The notes under the pieces were generated by a model that saw only the letters and a program-made list of their open reading frames with translations, was not told the DNA's origin and made no database searches. DNA of 60,998 nt, filler included, from Asterionella formosa (Eukaryota), in assembly GCA_002256025.1 (NCBI GenBank). It is 19 parts of 19 records of this genome, joined end to end, with 100 filler letters (N's around TTAATTAATTAA, not from the genome) between each part and the next. Parts side by side here need not be neighbours in the genome. Positions count along the whole stretch, not along the records: positions 48,265 to 51,374 come from NKIB01014470.1; positions 51,475 to 54,583 come from NKIB01014471.1; positions 54,684 to 57,791 come from NKIB01014472.1; positions 57,892 to 60,998 come from NKIB01014473.1; 15 more parts are not named here. One strand, 5' to 3'. The number at the start of each line of letters is the position of its first letter. Position 1 is the stretch's first letter. The position numbers and the translations under genes were made by a program. Positions 48,265 to 60,998 of the stretch are shown here, in pieces.

Positions 48265-50595
48265 ACGTCATTCGCCTTCAATTGGGTGATGAGTTGTTGT
48301 CCACGGCTATCGTAAAAGAGACCAGCACCCGTGAAAAAAGGAGATCCCATCTCTCGAGTATCATGCGTTCCAACTGACTCATCGCCATCCTTACCAGCGG
48401 TCCCTTCAATAAATTCAGAATTGTGCTGGCCCTTTCGCCGACAGCAAAGTAGTAGTATTAAACAGATAAGAAACGCGGTGGCTCCAATAGCGATACCAGC
48501 TATGTCTCCTCCGCTAAGTCCGGAGTCTGCGACGGCATTATTACCTCCGGTGGCACCAGCAATACCGCCACCACTATTGTTGTCACAGACCAACGTCGGG
48601 TCTTCAACAAATTCAGCACTCACCAGTCCGCCAATCTTAGAAGAAAGGTTACCCATCTCAGCACGAATACTATTAACGGCATCACATTTTAAGTTAGACA
48701 AGTCAGAAACATTAGCGGCAGCGTTTATGGTGATACCACCTGCCATCTCTGAACAGTTTTCTCCACAGGTGGAAACTTCAACATCCTCTGGAGACGAGGA
48801 AATAGCTAGTACAGTCGTAAAAAGACGACGAGCAAGGCGGTGGGTTGAATTGCAGTCCAAAATTTTGTCGACCACCACAGCGAGAAGGGCTGACTCTATC
48901 TCTGTCACAATTTTAGGGAGGTTCGCTTTGTTACCGACAATAATCTTGTATTTGTAATCAACGACTATTTTTACGGAGTTTTCAGGGACATCACTGCCGC
49001 ATGTAATGGGACTGTCACTGGCCACTGTTGTCTCATTTAAAATTCCTGATCCAAACCCTGGTCCTGGTTCGGTGGATCCAGAGTCGGAACCCGAGTCAGA
49101 GCCAGACTTGGAGCCTGGGCTTGAACCAGACTTGGAGCCTGGGTTGGAACCAGACTTGGAGCCTGGGTTAGAACCGGACTTAGAGCCTGGCTTGGAACCA
49201 GACTTGGATCCTGGGCTTGAACCAGACTTGGAGCCTGGTGAACGTAGTCATCTGACTCGGAACCCAAGTCAGAGCCTGCCTCAGACCCATAGTTCGAGCC
49301 TGATTTGGACCCAGACTTAGAGCCTGGCTTGGAATAAACATAATCGTCTTCTAGTGAGTGAATGTAGTCATCCGACTTCGAAATAGGTTTGGAAGGAACG
49401 TAGTCATCCTGTACTGGTGAGGGAGCAGTGCCAGGATTCGAAATACCATTGCAATCGTCGCTTATCGCGCTGGACAAGTCATTGGAATCTTTAATTGACA
49501 TGAAACCATCCTTGCTTCTTTCCGATCCCTTCTTACTTCCCTTTGACGCACCCTTTTTACCCTTTGCTGGCTTGCTGACCTTGGAATCACCCTTGCTCTT
49601 GTTCTTATAACTTGGAAAATCATTGCTTGGTGTGTTGGTAACGTCAGACTTTGATCCTCCCTTTCCGCCCTTGGGTCCAACTTTACCCATGTTATTGTCA
49701 CTTTTTGGAACTCCATAACTTGGTGTGTAGTCCATGTCGGACTTTGGATGTCGCATGATGGCCTTAGGTTCTCGTTTATTCACGCTTGCGATTTCATAAC
49801 TCGGTGTGTAGTCGTTGTCGGACTTCGATCCACGATTTATTTGATTGGGAACAATGTAGTCGTCACTAGGTGCAGCATTGTATCCAAAATAGAGATCGTC
49901 GCCATTCGAGATTGACGAATCTGTGGCAGCGTAATCGTCGTGGGTGTTTTGGGGTTCCAAATGGGAATAGACTTTCTTGTGACCTCCCTTTCCCTTTGGA
50001 CCTCCCTCACCCTTGGATTTACCTTTGCCCTTTGATTCCTTTCCTTTCTTCAACCTGCCAAACGAAGTGAGTGAATTGGTTAATTATATGTATTATGAAG
50101 GAAATGTTTATATACAGTTTTGTATATTAAAAATCACAGACAACCCGGAAAAAATGGTTTTGAACTATAATGCCTAACCGGCATCTCCTGCGAATCCGAT
50201 TAAAAATTTCGCGTCGAGTCCGTTCAAACCACAAAGAAGCGTTAAATAACCGCAAAATCCCATTCAAGATTTTCAATAGAATTTTGACCATGACATTACA
50301 AGTCGATTGTGCATGTCTATAATGCAAGCGATAAGATACCGTTCATGATTATCGATGCAAACGCATCAGGGAGCAGTCGTAGAGCCCATAAACGATTCTG
50401 TGGAAGTACAACCGAGTAGGAAAAAACATGAAAATTTACCTACCGTCGAACCGGAGTGGGCACCTCAAATAATTCAACATTCATAGCGTTGGAAAGGGTT
50501 CGATCTTCTTGCGACTGCAGAATTCTATTGCGAAGCGCAGATGGCTTGGAAGAAGCCATTGCGACCAGGGTAACGAGTAAGAGCAGCGAACTCAT
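48265..50595 (-). CDS. Type I membrane protein: signal peptide, Lys/Ser/Gly/DDY-rich silaffin/cingulin-like region, SAP-like Cys domain, TM helix; one frameshift, 3' partial
   Basis: Exon 1 (50595-50444, MSSLLLLVTLVAMASS...PVR) splices via GTAGGT...GCAG (50443-50055) to give RRLKKGKESKGKGKSK. Frameshift near 49240 inside PGSKSGS(N/S/K) repeats. Then YKY...IESAL...C...RRL...ISSSPED...C...C...G and the TM helix IAGIAIGATAFLICLILLLCC-RRK. Confidence 0.78.
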
Positions 50596-51992
50596 GCTAG
50601 TACTTTGAATGCTCGCCTCAACAACCCCAACGTATTCCTGATTTCCTCTTGTGTTCGTGTCTGAAATTACCGACTGTAATTGTAGCTTGTGTTTTCAATG
50701 AATTAGCTGAAGCAAATCCAAAGTAATAAATTGGAGCAGTAGCTCTTTGTTGACAACGAGTCTTCGCTTTTGCGAATATTACCGAGCAATACAAGCAAAG
50801 TGAAATCAACAAAAGAATGATCACAAATTAGTGCCATGATGGTGCACCTACTATGATGGACTACCGGTACCTGGTACCGGGTACCAGGTACCAGCCGAGA
50901 GTTGTACTGATTTCGGTGTAGGATTGAAAATGTGCTTGAGGTGGTCAGCCGCGGAACGCAAGTTCACATGAGAGGCTCGAGCGCCTACCCACCTCTTGTT
51001 TTTGTTCCTTTTTTGTCTTTTCGGCCAGATTACTATCGAAAACGTATCCGAAAACCCGGAGTCAAAAGCTTCTGAATTTAGCCAAATTTTTCAACCACGA
51101 AATATTTGGCTTGATTGAAAGCGTTCAAATAAATTTAGCTATCTATATGAGAGAGCAAGGAATGTGGCCAAAATTGGTCAACCTCCTCGCAAGACTCCAA
51201 GCCGACCAGATTAGCCTCCACCGAAAAGAATGACAATGGCTGAATGTTGTTATAATTTTTGAATTGCAACCAGGTGGTGTACCAGGGTACCTCGTACCTT
51301 AGCAGGAAAAACCACACTTTCGTCAACGTCGTGGTTGAACATGGTACCGGTATATGTACGCTGACTGGTACATANNNNNNNNNNNNNNNNNNNNNNNNNN
51401 NNNNNNNNNNNNNNNNNNTTAATTAATTAANNNNNNNNNNNNNNNNNNNNNNNNNNNNNNNNNNNNNNNNNNNNGTTAGTAATGACGGCTTGCGTGGGGA
51501 GGTGGACGTGAACAACGGATCGATGGTATCGTTGGTCGGCATTTTTTTGTTGTTGTACTGCGAATCAAAACAATGCCGAGCAACAAATCGTGATAACGGT
51601 AGTCTACATTGGTATGATACCGGTAAACAATACCGGTCGTAATTGCAATGATAACGACAACAAAGGAGCATTACGACCATTTTTTTAGGTTCACGTTTTG
51701 TAGCGATATCAAGCTACAGGTATACAGGTACCTGGTACCTGGGACTGGTACCAAAGTACCGTTTTAAGTACCGGTGTATCATTTCATACACCATGATTTT
51801 CAAAACTACGGTATCCATCATATCCCGGTACATCAAATTATTCAAACTTCTAACTCAGAATCTGCCGGTATACCGGTACTGCACCATGAAATACAGATTA
51901 AATAAAAGACTATTTACCGGTATTCCATATTTGTTCCTACCGGTAGCAGGAAAACTGAGCACCTTATCCTTCTCCATTATCGGACCAATGTA

Positions 51993-52089
51993 GCTGCAAG
52001 TTGCGCTGATTTTTGCTTAAAAAAACAATTTAATATCTGATAAAGATAACTAAACTATTAGTTTCAGCACAATAAACGCAACTTGCTGT
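51993..52089. mobile_element. Second copy of the fold-back element at 39993-40088 (opposite orientation)
   Basis: Reverse complement reads ACAGCAAGTTGCGTTTATTGTGCTGAAACTAATAGTTTAGTTATCTTT...TTTAAGCAAAAATCAGCGCAACTTGCAGC. Confidence 0.75.
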
Positions 52090-52452
52090 TAGACTGACTA
52101 CAACTACCGGTACCAGTTAAAAATGGCTTTGAGCCACTTCGAATGGCTTTGACCCGCTAAACGATGTAATATTAACAGTGTATACATAGATTTTTTTTAA
52201 TTTTCCAGTTAGGACTATTTTAGCACGACACATTTTTGCTTAAAAAACAATTTAATATCTGATAAAGATAGCTAAACTATTAGTTTCAGCACAATAAACG
52301 CAACTTGCTGTTAGACTGACTACAACTACTGGTACCAGTTAAAAATGGCTTTGAGCCACTTCGAATGGCTTTGACCCGCTAAACAATGTAATATTAACAG
52401 TGTATACATAGATTTTTTTAATTTTCCAGTTAGGACTATTTTTAGTACGACA
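52009..52452 (+). repeat. ~222-bp tandem duplication spanning a transposon left end
   Basis: 52009-52230 and 52232-52452 are nearly identical; each contains TA|CCAGTTAAAAATGGCTTTGAGCC (52113 and 52335). Confidence 0.92.
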
Positions 52453-54460
52453 AAGTTGTTCCTGATGTTGCCCCGGATACAACATGCCGGTACCTTGATT
52501 ACCAGTAGGCCTCCTTGTGCTTTAGATAATCAGATAAATGTGTCGGAAAGTAGCGATCAGCCCAAAAGTGGCAAAAACAATATTATACCATTGAGCCGGC
52601 ATCTCCCGGAAATACACAATTACATTTGTGTAGAAAAAATCAAATATACATTTAGCTGCGTTTAACTGCCATGGACCATGTACTATAGCAATAAATGAAT
52701 CAATTAGTCACTCTTAGTAAATTAATGCAATATTTCTTGATGGCCAAAAAATCGACCCATATTAAGATCAGAGACTGTAATTCACATCAGAAATTGCTTC
52801 CGACATACCACAAAATGAAGCAAATCGCAGTCATCTCATTATCAATGATGAAACCTACAGCAAGAAAACAGCCTCAACCATCCAAAAGGTAGAAGGTGAT
52901 ACCTAGCTCTTCCGATAAGACTGTAGTGTCACTTATTAAAAAAGCATAGTTATGGAATTAGAAACTTGAAAGGCAAATAACAATTGCAAACTACCATATG
53001 TTGCAATATCGAATATTTTTGCATCGATCAAGGCGGCTACACTGGCTTGGCCAGTATAATTCGCAAAAGCTAAATCAGGAGGGAAAAAGGAAACTAATTC
53101 ACTAGTATAACTGCTTACCTACTACCGGTACTATGAAACTAAATGATTCACGGTCATTGGCAGGGCATACCTCATCAATTTATACCCTGACTACAAATTC
53201 AAGTTTAAATATCCAACTCACGAAATGCAAGAAAGACTTACTCACCTCCCAAAAGGAAAGCCACCGTGCTGCATTCACTATTGAAAAGGATGACATTGTT
53301 GATCTGGCTGGTGTTGAAAGCTTGGGATGAACACTTTGCCCATATTGCTACAAACCAACAAGCTGTTGTTGCTGAACGAGGTTGGGGTCCATTGAACAAC
53401 AACTTGTTGCTCCATTCGGAAATTCAAGCAACTTACAAGTAGCTCAAATCTGCAAAACAGAAGCAAAAAATAATCAACCCGTCGTCTCTTACATTCCCCC
53501 GTGTTTACCAAACTTGAGCCAAGGCATCACTGAAACCCTTGTTGATCAGGTCATACCACAGTATCGCAATCATGAGGATGCTAGAAACGGAATAAATCTG
53601 GACGAACTTGCCTGCCAACGAAAAGAAACAGCACAAAGGGCGATTGCAAGCAATAAACGATACAAAGCCGGTCTTCATGTTGCTGCAGGTAGGTACTTAT
53701 TGGGTCCTGAAGTGATCAATGACCAGCTGAAAAGGAAGAGGCATGGGGAAGAAGTGCAGAATGAGTGAGAGAATAAGAAAATAGATTCACACACAGCCAT
53801 TGAAAACAAGGTTTATGCAGTCAGAACGCTAAAAAACAGCCAGCAGAGTGGACAGTGGCTGGTGCAAACGAAAACAATGGCAACATGGTACAAGGGAGCA
53901 GGCAATGCATCTTTCATTACCAACAATGAAGCAACTTCTACTTACCAGATACCATGACACCATGATGCGTGGCCATGCTTCGATACCAGTTGCAACTGTA
54001 ATGGTGCCACTTCCTGATCCTTCAGTCCCTCCTATAACATACAAGATATGATTTGAAGACCACCGCCAGTCTAAGAACAATGCAATAAGGACTACTGCGA
54101 AAAATTGCGAGGAGTCTTTGATGAAACCGACTAGATATAATGGGAACACCACCAGTATAAGAACGATGCAAACTACTGTGAAAAAACATGCAAACAATTT
54201 AATATTTTCTAACTGTTGCTTATAAAAGTAACTACATGCATGGGAAAATTTTAATCAATGGCTTTGAGCCACTTTTAAAATGAATAGATTTTAGTAAATA
54301 TATGTTCAAGTAAAAAATGATATAATTCTCATGTAGCTTACCGGTAATGACCTAACTAATGTTGTGCCAAAGGGCGAAAAAGTGGATCGATTTTAGCATA
54401 ATTCTAGAAATAGTCAGAAAATGATCATTTAATAACGTCGCTCAAAGCCTTTATTGCTGG
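52335..54460 (+). mobile_element. Complete non-autonomous pogo-like element with imperfect ~25-bp TIRs and TA TSD
   Basis: Left TA|CCAGTTAAAAATGGCTTTGAGCCAC; right, reverse complemented, TA|CCAGCAATAAAGGCTTTGAGCGAC. Extra ATGGCTTTGA motifs lie inside both ends. Keeps only the transposase N-terminal start and C-terminus. Confidence 0.88.
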
Positions 54461-54683
54461 TACCTGGTACTGGCAAGCAAAATGTACGATAGTGCAGACC
54501 CTGCATTTTATCAATGACCCTCAGGATCCAAAAGCCACGTACGAGAACTGTATGTAGGCTCTGGTACTGACTCAGTTGTCGACNNNNNNNNNNNNNNNNN
54601 NNNNNNNNNNNNNNNNNNNNNNNNNNNTTAATTAATTAANNNNNNNNNNNNNNNNNNNNNNNNNNNNNNNNNNNNNNNNNNNN

Positions 54684-57600
54684 CCCGAGAACACACGTGC
54701 CAGAAACCCAACCCCCAGTCAACCCGCTGGTAGCCCTGAGACCAGTGCCATGACCTTCACACAACGAGGAGCGACCGCCGGCATCAACGGAGTGACACAT
54801 GACGACGTCACATGTTACAACTGCCAGAACATTGGGCACTATGCAAGCGACTGCCCTGAGACACAAGGAACGACGAACACTGGCACAACATTGGTGCAAC
54901 ATGCGTACATGCTTGCCCAAGCAAATGAGACAAATATCGACCCTAACTGGATACTTCTGGACTCGCAATCCACAATATCTGTGTTCAAGAACCCGCAAAT
55001 GCTACAGAACATTAGAAGCAGTCCACATGTACTCCGCGCACTGACAAATGGGGGACATCAGGATTCCAACATGATTGGTGACTTCCCAAACCTTGGACAG
55101 GTGTGGTACAACCCCGATTCCATTGCCAACATTTTGTCACTTGCCGATGTGCGCAAAGTATGCAAGGTATCCATGGATACATCTAAGGAACCAACCATAT
55201 TTGTACACCGACTTGACGGATCGGTCATGAAGTTTATTGAACACCCTTCCGGACTCTATATTTTCAACCCTAACACTACTAGTAACTGTGTCAACGCGTA
55301 CACCATGGTCTACACAGTAGCACAACAAAAAAAAATGTTTTCGCATCGGGAAATCAAATTGGCTGATGACGCTAGGGATCTGTACAGAAAAATTGGGCGG
55401 CCTGATGAGATCGAGTTCCAATCGATCCTCAGAAAGAACCTCATTCGGAACTGTCCGGTGACACCAGACGATGCCAAACGAGCACTCCTTATCTATGGCC
55501 CCGACATTGCTGTCCTCAAAGGAAAAATGACCCGGTCCGAAGCTACACCACGCGCTCCAACCTTCATTGCCGTGCCAATACCAGCACCCATACTGAAGCA
55601 TCACCACAACATTACACTGTGTGTGGATTTCTTTTTTGTGCAAGGGCTCATATTCCACCACACGATATCACGTGGAATTGGTTTCCGGACCGTAAGCCCG
55701 GTCCCAGACCGCCGGTCTTCCACCATCCTTCGTGAAACTCAAGCCGCCATACACATGTATCAATCACGCGGTTTAACAGTATGCGATATACATGCAGATA
55801 ATGAATTCGATTGCATTCGTGAAGACATTCGCCCTATCCAAATGAACATCGTGCCCACAGACAGTCATGTTGGAGAAATCGAACGCTCTATTCGCACCAT
55901 TAAGGAGCGCCTCCGTGCTTGCGTTCACGGGCTACCTTTCAAGCGCCTGCCAAAACTAATGATAACCCACATGGTCGCCGATGTTGTGCGATGTTTGAAC
56001 CAATTCCCACACAAGAATGGGGTTTCAGATACGCTGAGCCCAGCTTGTATCATCACTGGTGCTGCCAACCCCGACTACAACAACATGCGACTAGAATTTG
56101 GCTCATACGTACAAGTATTCGAAGACAATGACCCCTCAAACACCCCACGTTCCCGATCTTTAGGGGCCATATCTCTCAACCCCACCGGCAACGCGCAAGG
56201 CGACTACTATTTCATGTCACTTGCCACCGGAGCCAAGATTTCCAGACACCAATGGACCCTGCTACCCATCACTGACACCGCCATCGCCCGCGTCGAGGCC
56301 ATTGCCCTACACGATGGACAGCAACCCATACAGGAGCGTGGTCTTGTTGTTGAATGGCGCCCCAACCAGGCCATTGACGATGATGAATATGACCGCGACT
56401 ACACTGAGCCTGGCAATACACCGACTGAAGACGATCCTTTTGAGGCCGACATTTTCGCACCCATCGACGAAGAAGAAATCGCCGATCTGCTTGCCAATGC
56501 CTCCGAGCCTGAGGAAGATGCAGTGGACCAAGAAGCGCACATCGTGATTGAGGGAAATGAGACCGAACCTCATGTTCTCGTTGGTGATGGTCTCGAAACT
56601 GAAGAATGTGACGACACAAACAACCTAGGAGCCCTGGACATCGAACACGAAGAAGAAGACGAACTCGACGAAGAAAGCGAATACGAAGAAGACATCACCA
56701 ACCACGAAAATGTAGGATACGAACAAGGAGAACAGGTGGTAGTTGTAGGAGCGCAACGCGAAGAAGGCGGCAACGACCACAACACCCAAACATACAACCT
56801 TCGGGATCGTGGAGGCAATAAGGCCGCCCAATCATTTGAGGAGGCCATGGACAACCCACATAACAGTAAGTCCTACTACCCGCCAATGCAGTTCATACAG
56901 CACGAAGCCATGGGCACGAGATCACCTTTGAGCGACGAGAGCATAAGGGCCCTCGTTTTTGGGCATATCATGATGCAGATGACGGCAAAAGCAGGGATAA
57001 AGAAACACGGAAGGGTAGCCGAGGAAGCACTGATGGCGGAGTTTGCACAGTTGGAGGATCTGAATGTGTACGAGTCCATAAATCCGTTGTCCCTGACCAA
57101 AGAACAAAAAAAGGGCGCCCTTAGGGCGATTAACCTGATCAAAGAGAAACGAGATGGACGACTTAAAGGGCGAACTGTAGCAGATGGACGAACACAGCGC
57201 ACGTTGTATGATAAGTCTGAGACTGCATCACCAACAGTGTCCACCGATGCACTCATGCTGTCTATAATTGTGGACGCGCATGAAGGAAGGGACGTGGCCA
57301 CCGCAGACGTGACGGGGGCATACCTGAAGGCAGACATGGACGATTTCGTGGTAATGAAGTTCATGGACGATTCAGTTGACATACTGTGTGAGATGAACCC
57401 ACTGCACAAGAGGTTCATAGCTGTGGAAAAAGGTATTAAGGTGCTCTATGTCCGGTTAGTGAAAGCGATTTACGGATGTGTAAAATCGGCTCTGCTCTGG
57501 TACGATCTGTTTAACAACACCCTAAACGAAATGGGTTTTGTACTTAATCCCTATGACCCATGCATCGCGAACTGTATAATTGATGGAAGTCAGTGTACAA

Positions 57601-57791
57601 TTGCATGGTACGTTGACGACAACAAGATTTCCCATGTTGAACCTGCAGTAGTAACCATGATCATAAAAAAATCGAGAAACGTTTTGACAAAATGACAGTG
57701 ACCAGAGGGAAGGAACATGTGTTTCTAGGAATGAACATACGATACACTAATGAACGCACCGCTGTAATCACGATGAAGGAGTACCTTAAAG
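54684..57791 (+). mobile_element. Ty1/copia (CoDi-like) pol, near-intact copy B
   Basis: 981-aa ORF with knuckle, protease LDSQS, integrase CVDFF/HADNEF/EIER and RT WYVDD. A7 instead of A8 near 57665-57671 frameshifts the RT end. Same contig start and end as 9673-12792. Confidence 0.96.
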
Positions 57792-57891
57792 NNNNNNNNN
57801 NNNNNNNNNNNNNNNNNNNNNNNNNNNNNNNNNNNTTAATTAATTAANNNNNNNNNNNNNNNNNNNNNNNNNNNNNNNNNNNNNNNNNNNN

Positions 57892-58390
57892 ATCTTGAAG
57901 CAAATTGGTGTCGAACCGAGTGAACATCAAGGACCCAAGGTTTCCAATATCTGATGGTAGGCTGCCTGTCAATTGATTTTCGCGAACATGAAAGCCTTTC
58001 AGGTTTGTCAACTTTTCACTCTTGGTCCTTTTGATCCAGTCAAATCGTTCTCAGCGAAATTCAGCTGTTGCACGAGAGTGGCATCCCACAATTTGTCTGG
58101 AATGGTTCCAGTCAAAAAGTTTCCACGAAGGTCTAAATTTATCAAATTTCTTCATCCTTGCATATTCGGCTGGTATGGTCCCTTCGAAATCATTGTAATA
58201 AATTGCAATGGATTGCAAAGTATCAAGACCAGCAAGTTCCGAGGGTTAAGTTCCTGTAATGTTTTGTCCCACGAGGGGGCGAATGTACCACATCTGTTGC
58301 ATCGCAAGTCACACATGCCCATTCACATTCATGATTCGGAGACACCAGCTGACGCTTGGAATGCTTTCTTGTTCAAAGGAATCATTGGCA
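57892..58390 (-). pseudogene. Decayed LRR receptor-like gene
   Basis: HECEWACVTC...NITGT*PSEL...NDFEGTIPAEY...LDLRGNFLTGTIPDKL...ENQLTGSLPSDIGNL, with a stop and frameshifts. Confidence 0.8.
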
Positions 58391-58899
58391 TCTGATCAAG
58401 TACGTAGCTAAATGTAGAGCAGGCTCTCCTCTTTCAATAGGTTTGTTTAATTAGTAATGAAGCTTCATAATTCAAGAGATGGGGAAGTTTTTAAAGTTGA
58501 CGATTATGGTCGACTGTTTGACTGTCAATACATAATTTTTACTTCGTACCTGAAGACAATTTTATATTCAAATTCTGCTTTCGATTACCCTATTTATTGT
58601 TCACTCTAAATCCTTTTTCCTGCCACAATATTATTTGTCCATTGCATCATCTACCCATTTATTATTAACTGTCTTTTCTTTAACCTTAAATAATAATGCG
58701 CTCGCCTTTTAACTCAATATTTTTTCAGTTTTTGTGTCAATAATCTCACTTTCCTTTGTTTTGATGATGGTTTGATATAGATTTATAATGGGATTATTTA
58801 CATTTGTCACTAATTAGTGTTCTGCTTACATTAGGCTACTGGCTGGTTTGGCATCACTACTATGACAGATGTCAGACAAGCGAGAATGTTTTGATTGCT

Positions 58900-60998
58900 T
58901 GCTTGTTTGCTTCTCCACCTCGCTCCACTTCCGCCTCCTTGTTTTTGTTGCTTCCTTCATATTCCTCCTCTCACCCTTCATATTCTTCCTTGCCCGCCAG
59001 CACAGCCAGTACTATCCGAAGCAAGCAAGGCAGTGCAGCTGGAATGTCAATTTCCCCCTTGTGTGTCAGCACCATTGTCAACCACAGGCCAAGGGGGGGG
59101 GGAATAGATGGGATGGAACTTGCAGCAGGAACCACAGCAGTTGTGATCTCTTCTGCTGGCACCTGCTGGTCTCCTCGGTGTGAGGTCTCTCCCGTTTTGA
59201 CACTTAGTAGTAACCAGTTCCTCCTCTGCCGTTCTCTTTCTCACCATTGCAGATTCAAGCACATTTGGTCCAAGAGCATGAATGCCAGCAGATGCCAATA
59301 GGCCAGCAGAGATTCTTTTCTTGTGGGAGTCGAGATGGGCATGGGCAGTTTAATTGTGTTGACAGGCTTGGGCATCAAGGTCGTCAATTCCATTTCGAGC
59401 ATCTTCACGATTCCTGTATTGAACAACACGGTCAATTAGAGTGCCAGCATATCCATCATACAGATTTAATTCTTGAGAGGGAGCAGAATTGACAGTGAGG
59501 CTGTTTTGGGTGCCATTTGCAACATTGTCTTTGTAAGTTGGATTTCAGATTGATTTAGAACACAATAGTTGAGTGGTGGGCCCCATCCTTGGTTGGCAAT
59601 TGCAGTCCTGTTAGAGGTAACTTGACCAAATGATTCATCCCATGTAGTGCTTACAATTCTGATAATGTCAACTTTATTGATTGAGAATTCCTGACAATGA
59701 TCCGCTTTCTTGGTTGAGTAGCTCCTGCTTCTCTTTTGTAATGGCCATCTTGTAGCAACCGTTTTATTCAGTGGAGTCACCGACTTGCCAGTAGGAGGTC
59801 CCATATGGAAGACCAATGCAGACATTCCAATTGTGCTCAGGATTATTGATGTATTCAAGAAAGAGCAAGTCAAAACGGCTTCCGTGACCATCAATAATTA
59901 AGAAAGGTGGTGGGCCAGTGTCCCGTGCAAAAATTCCGGTTTTGTCCATGTGTGCAAGCATTCTAACAAGTAGCTCTGCTGTGATACTTCCATTTTCAGA
60001 GCACAACAGTACGTAGGTAAGTTGACTCCATCAACTGTGCACACTGGTCCTTGTTGGTACCTTTTTTTCCACTGTTTGCTAACATTTTGTTTTCATCTCC
60101 CACCCACTCTGAAAATGGATCAAGACCAAGTAACCATTCATCTTCGAGAGTCTTACTAGCAGAAAAAATGATAGCACACATAATTGGATTCCCATTTGCA
60201 GCTGTAAACCCAAAAACGGTACAGTGTGCATCTTTATGTGCCGATCTTTGCTGTGGTCGCTCACCCTTTCCACTGAGAAATAACTCTCCTCACATATTGC
60301 CATCTTTAGTTTGAGATGTGTTTGATCCCACCTCGTCAACAAAAAGCAGCCGGTCAGGAGGACAAATCAAATTATACTTCGTCTGGAGTCCCAATGCATC
60401 CTTTTCCTCAAGTGACACTACGCACTCGCTCCTTCTTTATTCAACCATTCCTTATTTAGGAATTCAACAGCAATCCCTCCCCCCACAACCATCTCTTTGT
60501 ACACTTGCTCATAAATTGCTTCAAAATTATTGTAAGTGCACTAATCGGCTCGCTTGCTTTCAAATTTGACACCTTGTGTAGCGGTCACTAACTCTTTGTT
60601 CCTTTTCATGAACCCTCTCCAGTAACCCATTCCAAGTTTCGGAACTTTATTTTATCGGTATGCAGAAGAATGAGTTTGTCTCCATGAACTGACGCTGTCT
60701 CCTATTTTGGTTCCGGATATCAGGGAGTGGGCAAGTCAAAGACAATCACTGACAGATATAGGATTTCGCATTCGGGCAAGTTGATGAATCAATTCCACCA
60801 TGTACGCTTCTATTGCAAGCATTGGGCTTACCCTTCCATGTCGGTGCCACATTTTTTGTGAGACTCTGTTGACAATTGTGCTCTTATTCATGAACGTTTC
60901 TTCTAGCAGCCCATTCCTTGCCTTACTTCTGCTATGATCATCGCAAGTGTTCAAATTTTTACTCGCCTGGTGGCATCTTTGAAATTTTCTTGAGCAAC
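58900..60998 (-). mobile_element. pogo-like (DDE_1-type) transposase pseudogene
   Basis: SPMLAIEAYMVELIHQLARMRNPI (HTH-like), FVDEVGSNT, FLIIDGHGSRF...LPYGTSYWQVGDS (37 residues between the last two Asp), TWDESF...QGWGP.LNY. Many stops. Confidence 0.85.

Noticed and set aside
49006..49320. + strand ORF with LEPGLEPD repeats (and ORF 48331-48957)
   Set aside because: Antisense of the PGSKSGS repeats and the SAP-like domain.
51475..51542. Possible gene start MPTNDTIDPLFTSTSPRKPSLL (minus strand)
   Set aside because: Only 22 codons before the contig edge; insufficient evidence.

Overview
This is not a contiguous locus. It is 19 unrelated ~3.1-kb contigs (3131 down to 3107 bp, sorted by length) joined by 100-bp N spacers carrying TTAATTAATTAA, so adjacency across spacers means nothing. 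The content is eukaryotic and most likely a diatom, judging from CoDi-like Copia elements, a GT-AG intron, a bipartite plastid-type presequence and a silicalemma-protein-like gene. Most of it is decayed transposon sequence: Copia, Gypsy, an RNase H-containing non-LTR element, pogo-like DDE elements, a Crypton, Harbinger-associated and piggyBac-like remnants, and MITEs. There are a few host genes. Best leads: (1) a tRNA-Ala(AGC)-headed 232-bp retroposon with a perfect 17-bp target-site duplication inserted in a Crypton recombinase; (2) widespread TA-CC(A/T)GG-TA arrays that match the TA|CCAG...CTGG|TA ends of a pogo-like family in the window and look like stacked excision footprints; (3) a Lys/Ser/Gly/DDY-rich silaffin/cingulin-like region fused to a SAP-like membrane protein; (4) near-identical armadillo repeats that vary mainly at predicted ligand-contact positions; (5) an in-frame gag-TGA-protease junction that may be a readthrough site. 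Family assignments rest on motif recognition by eye, with no database search.
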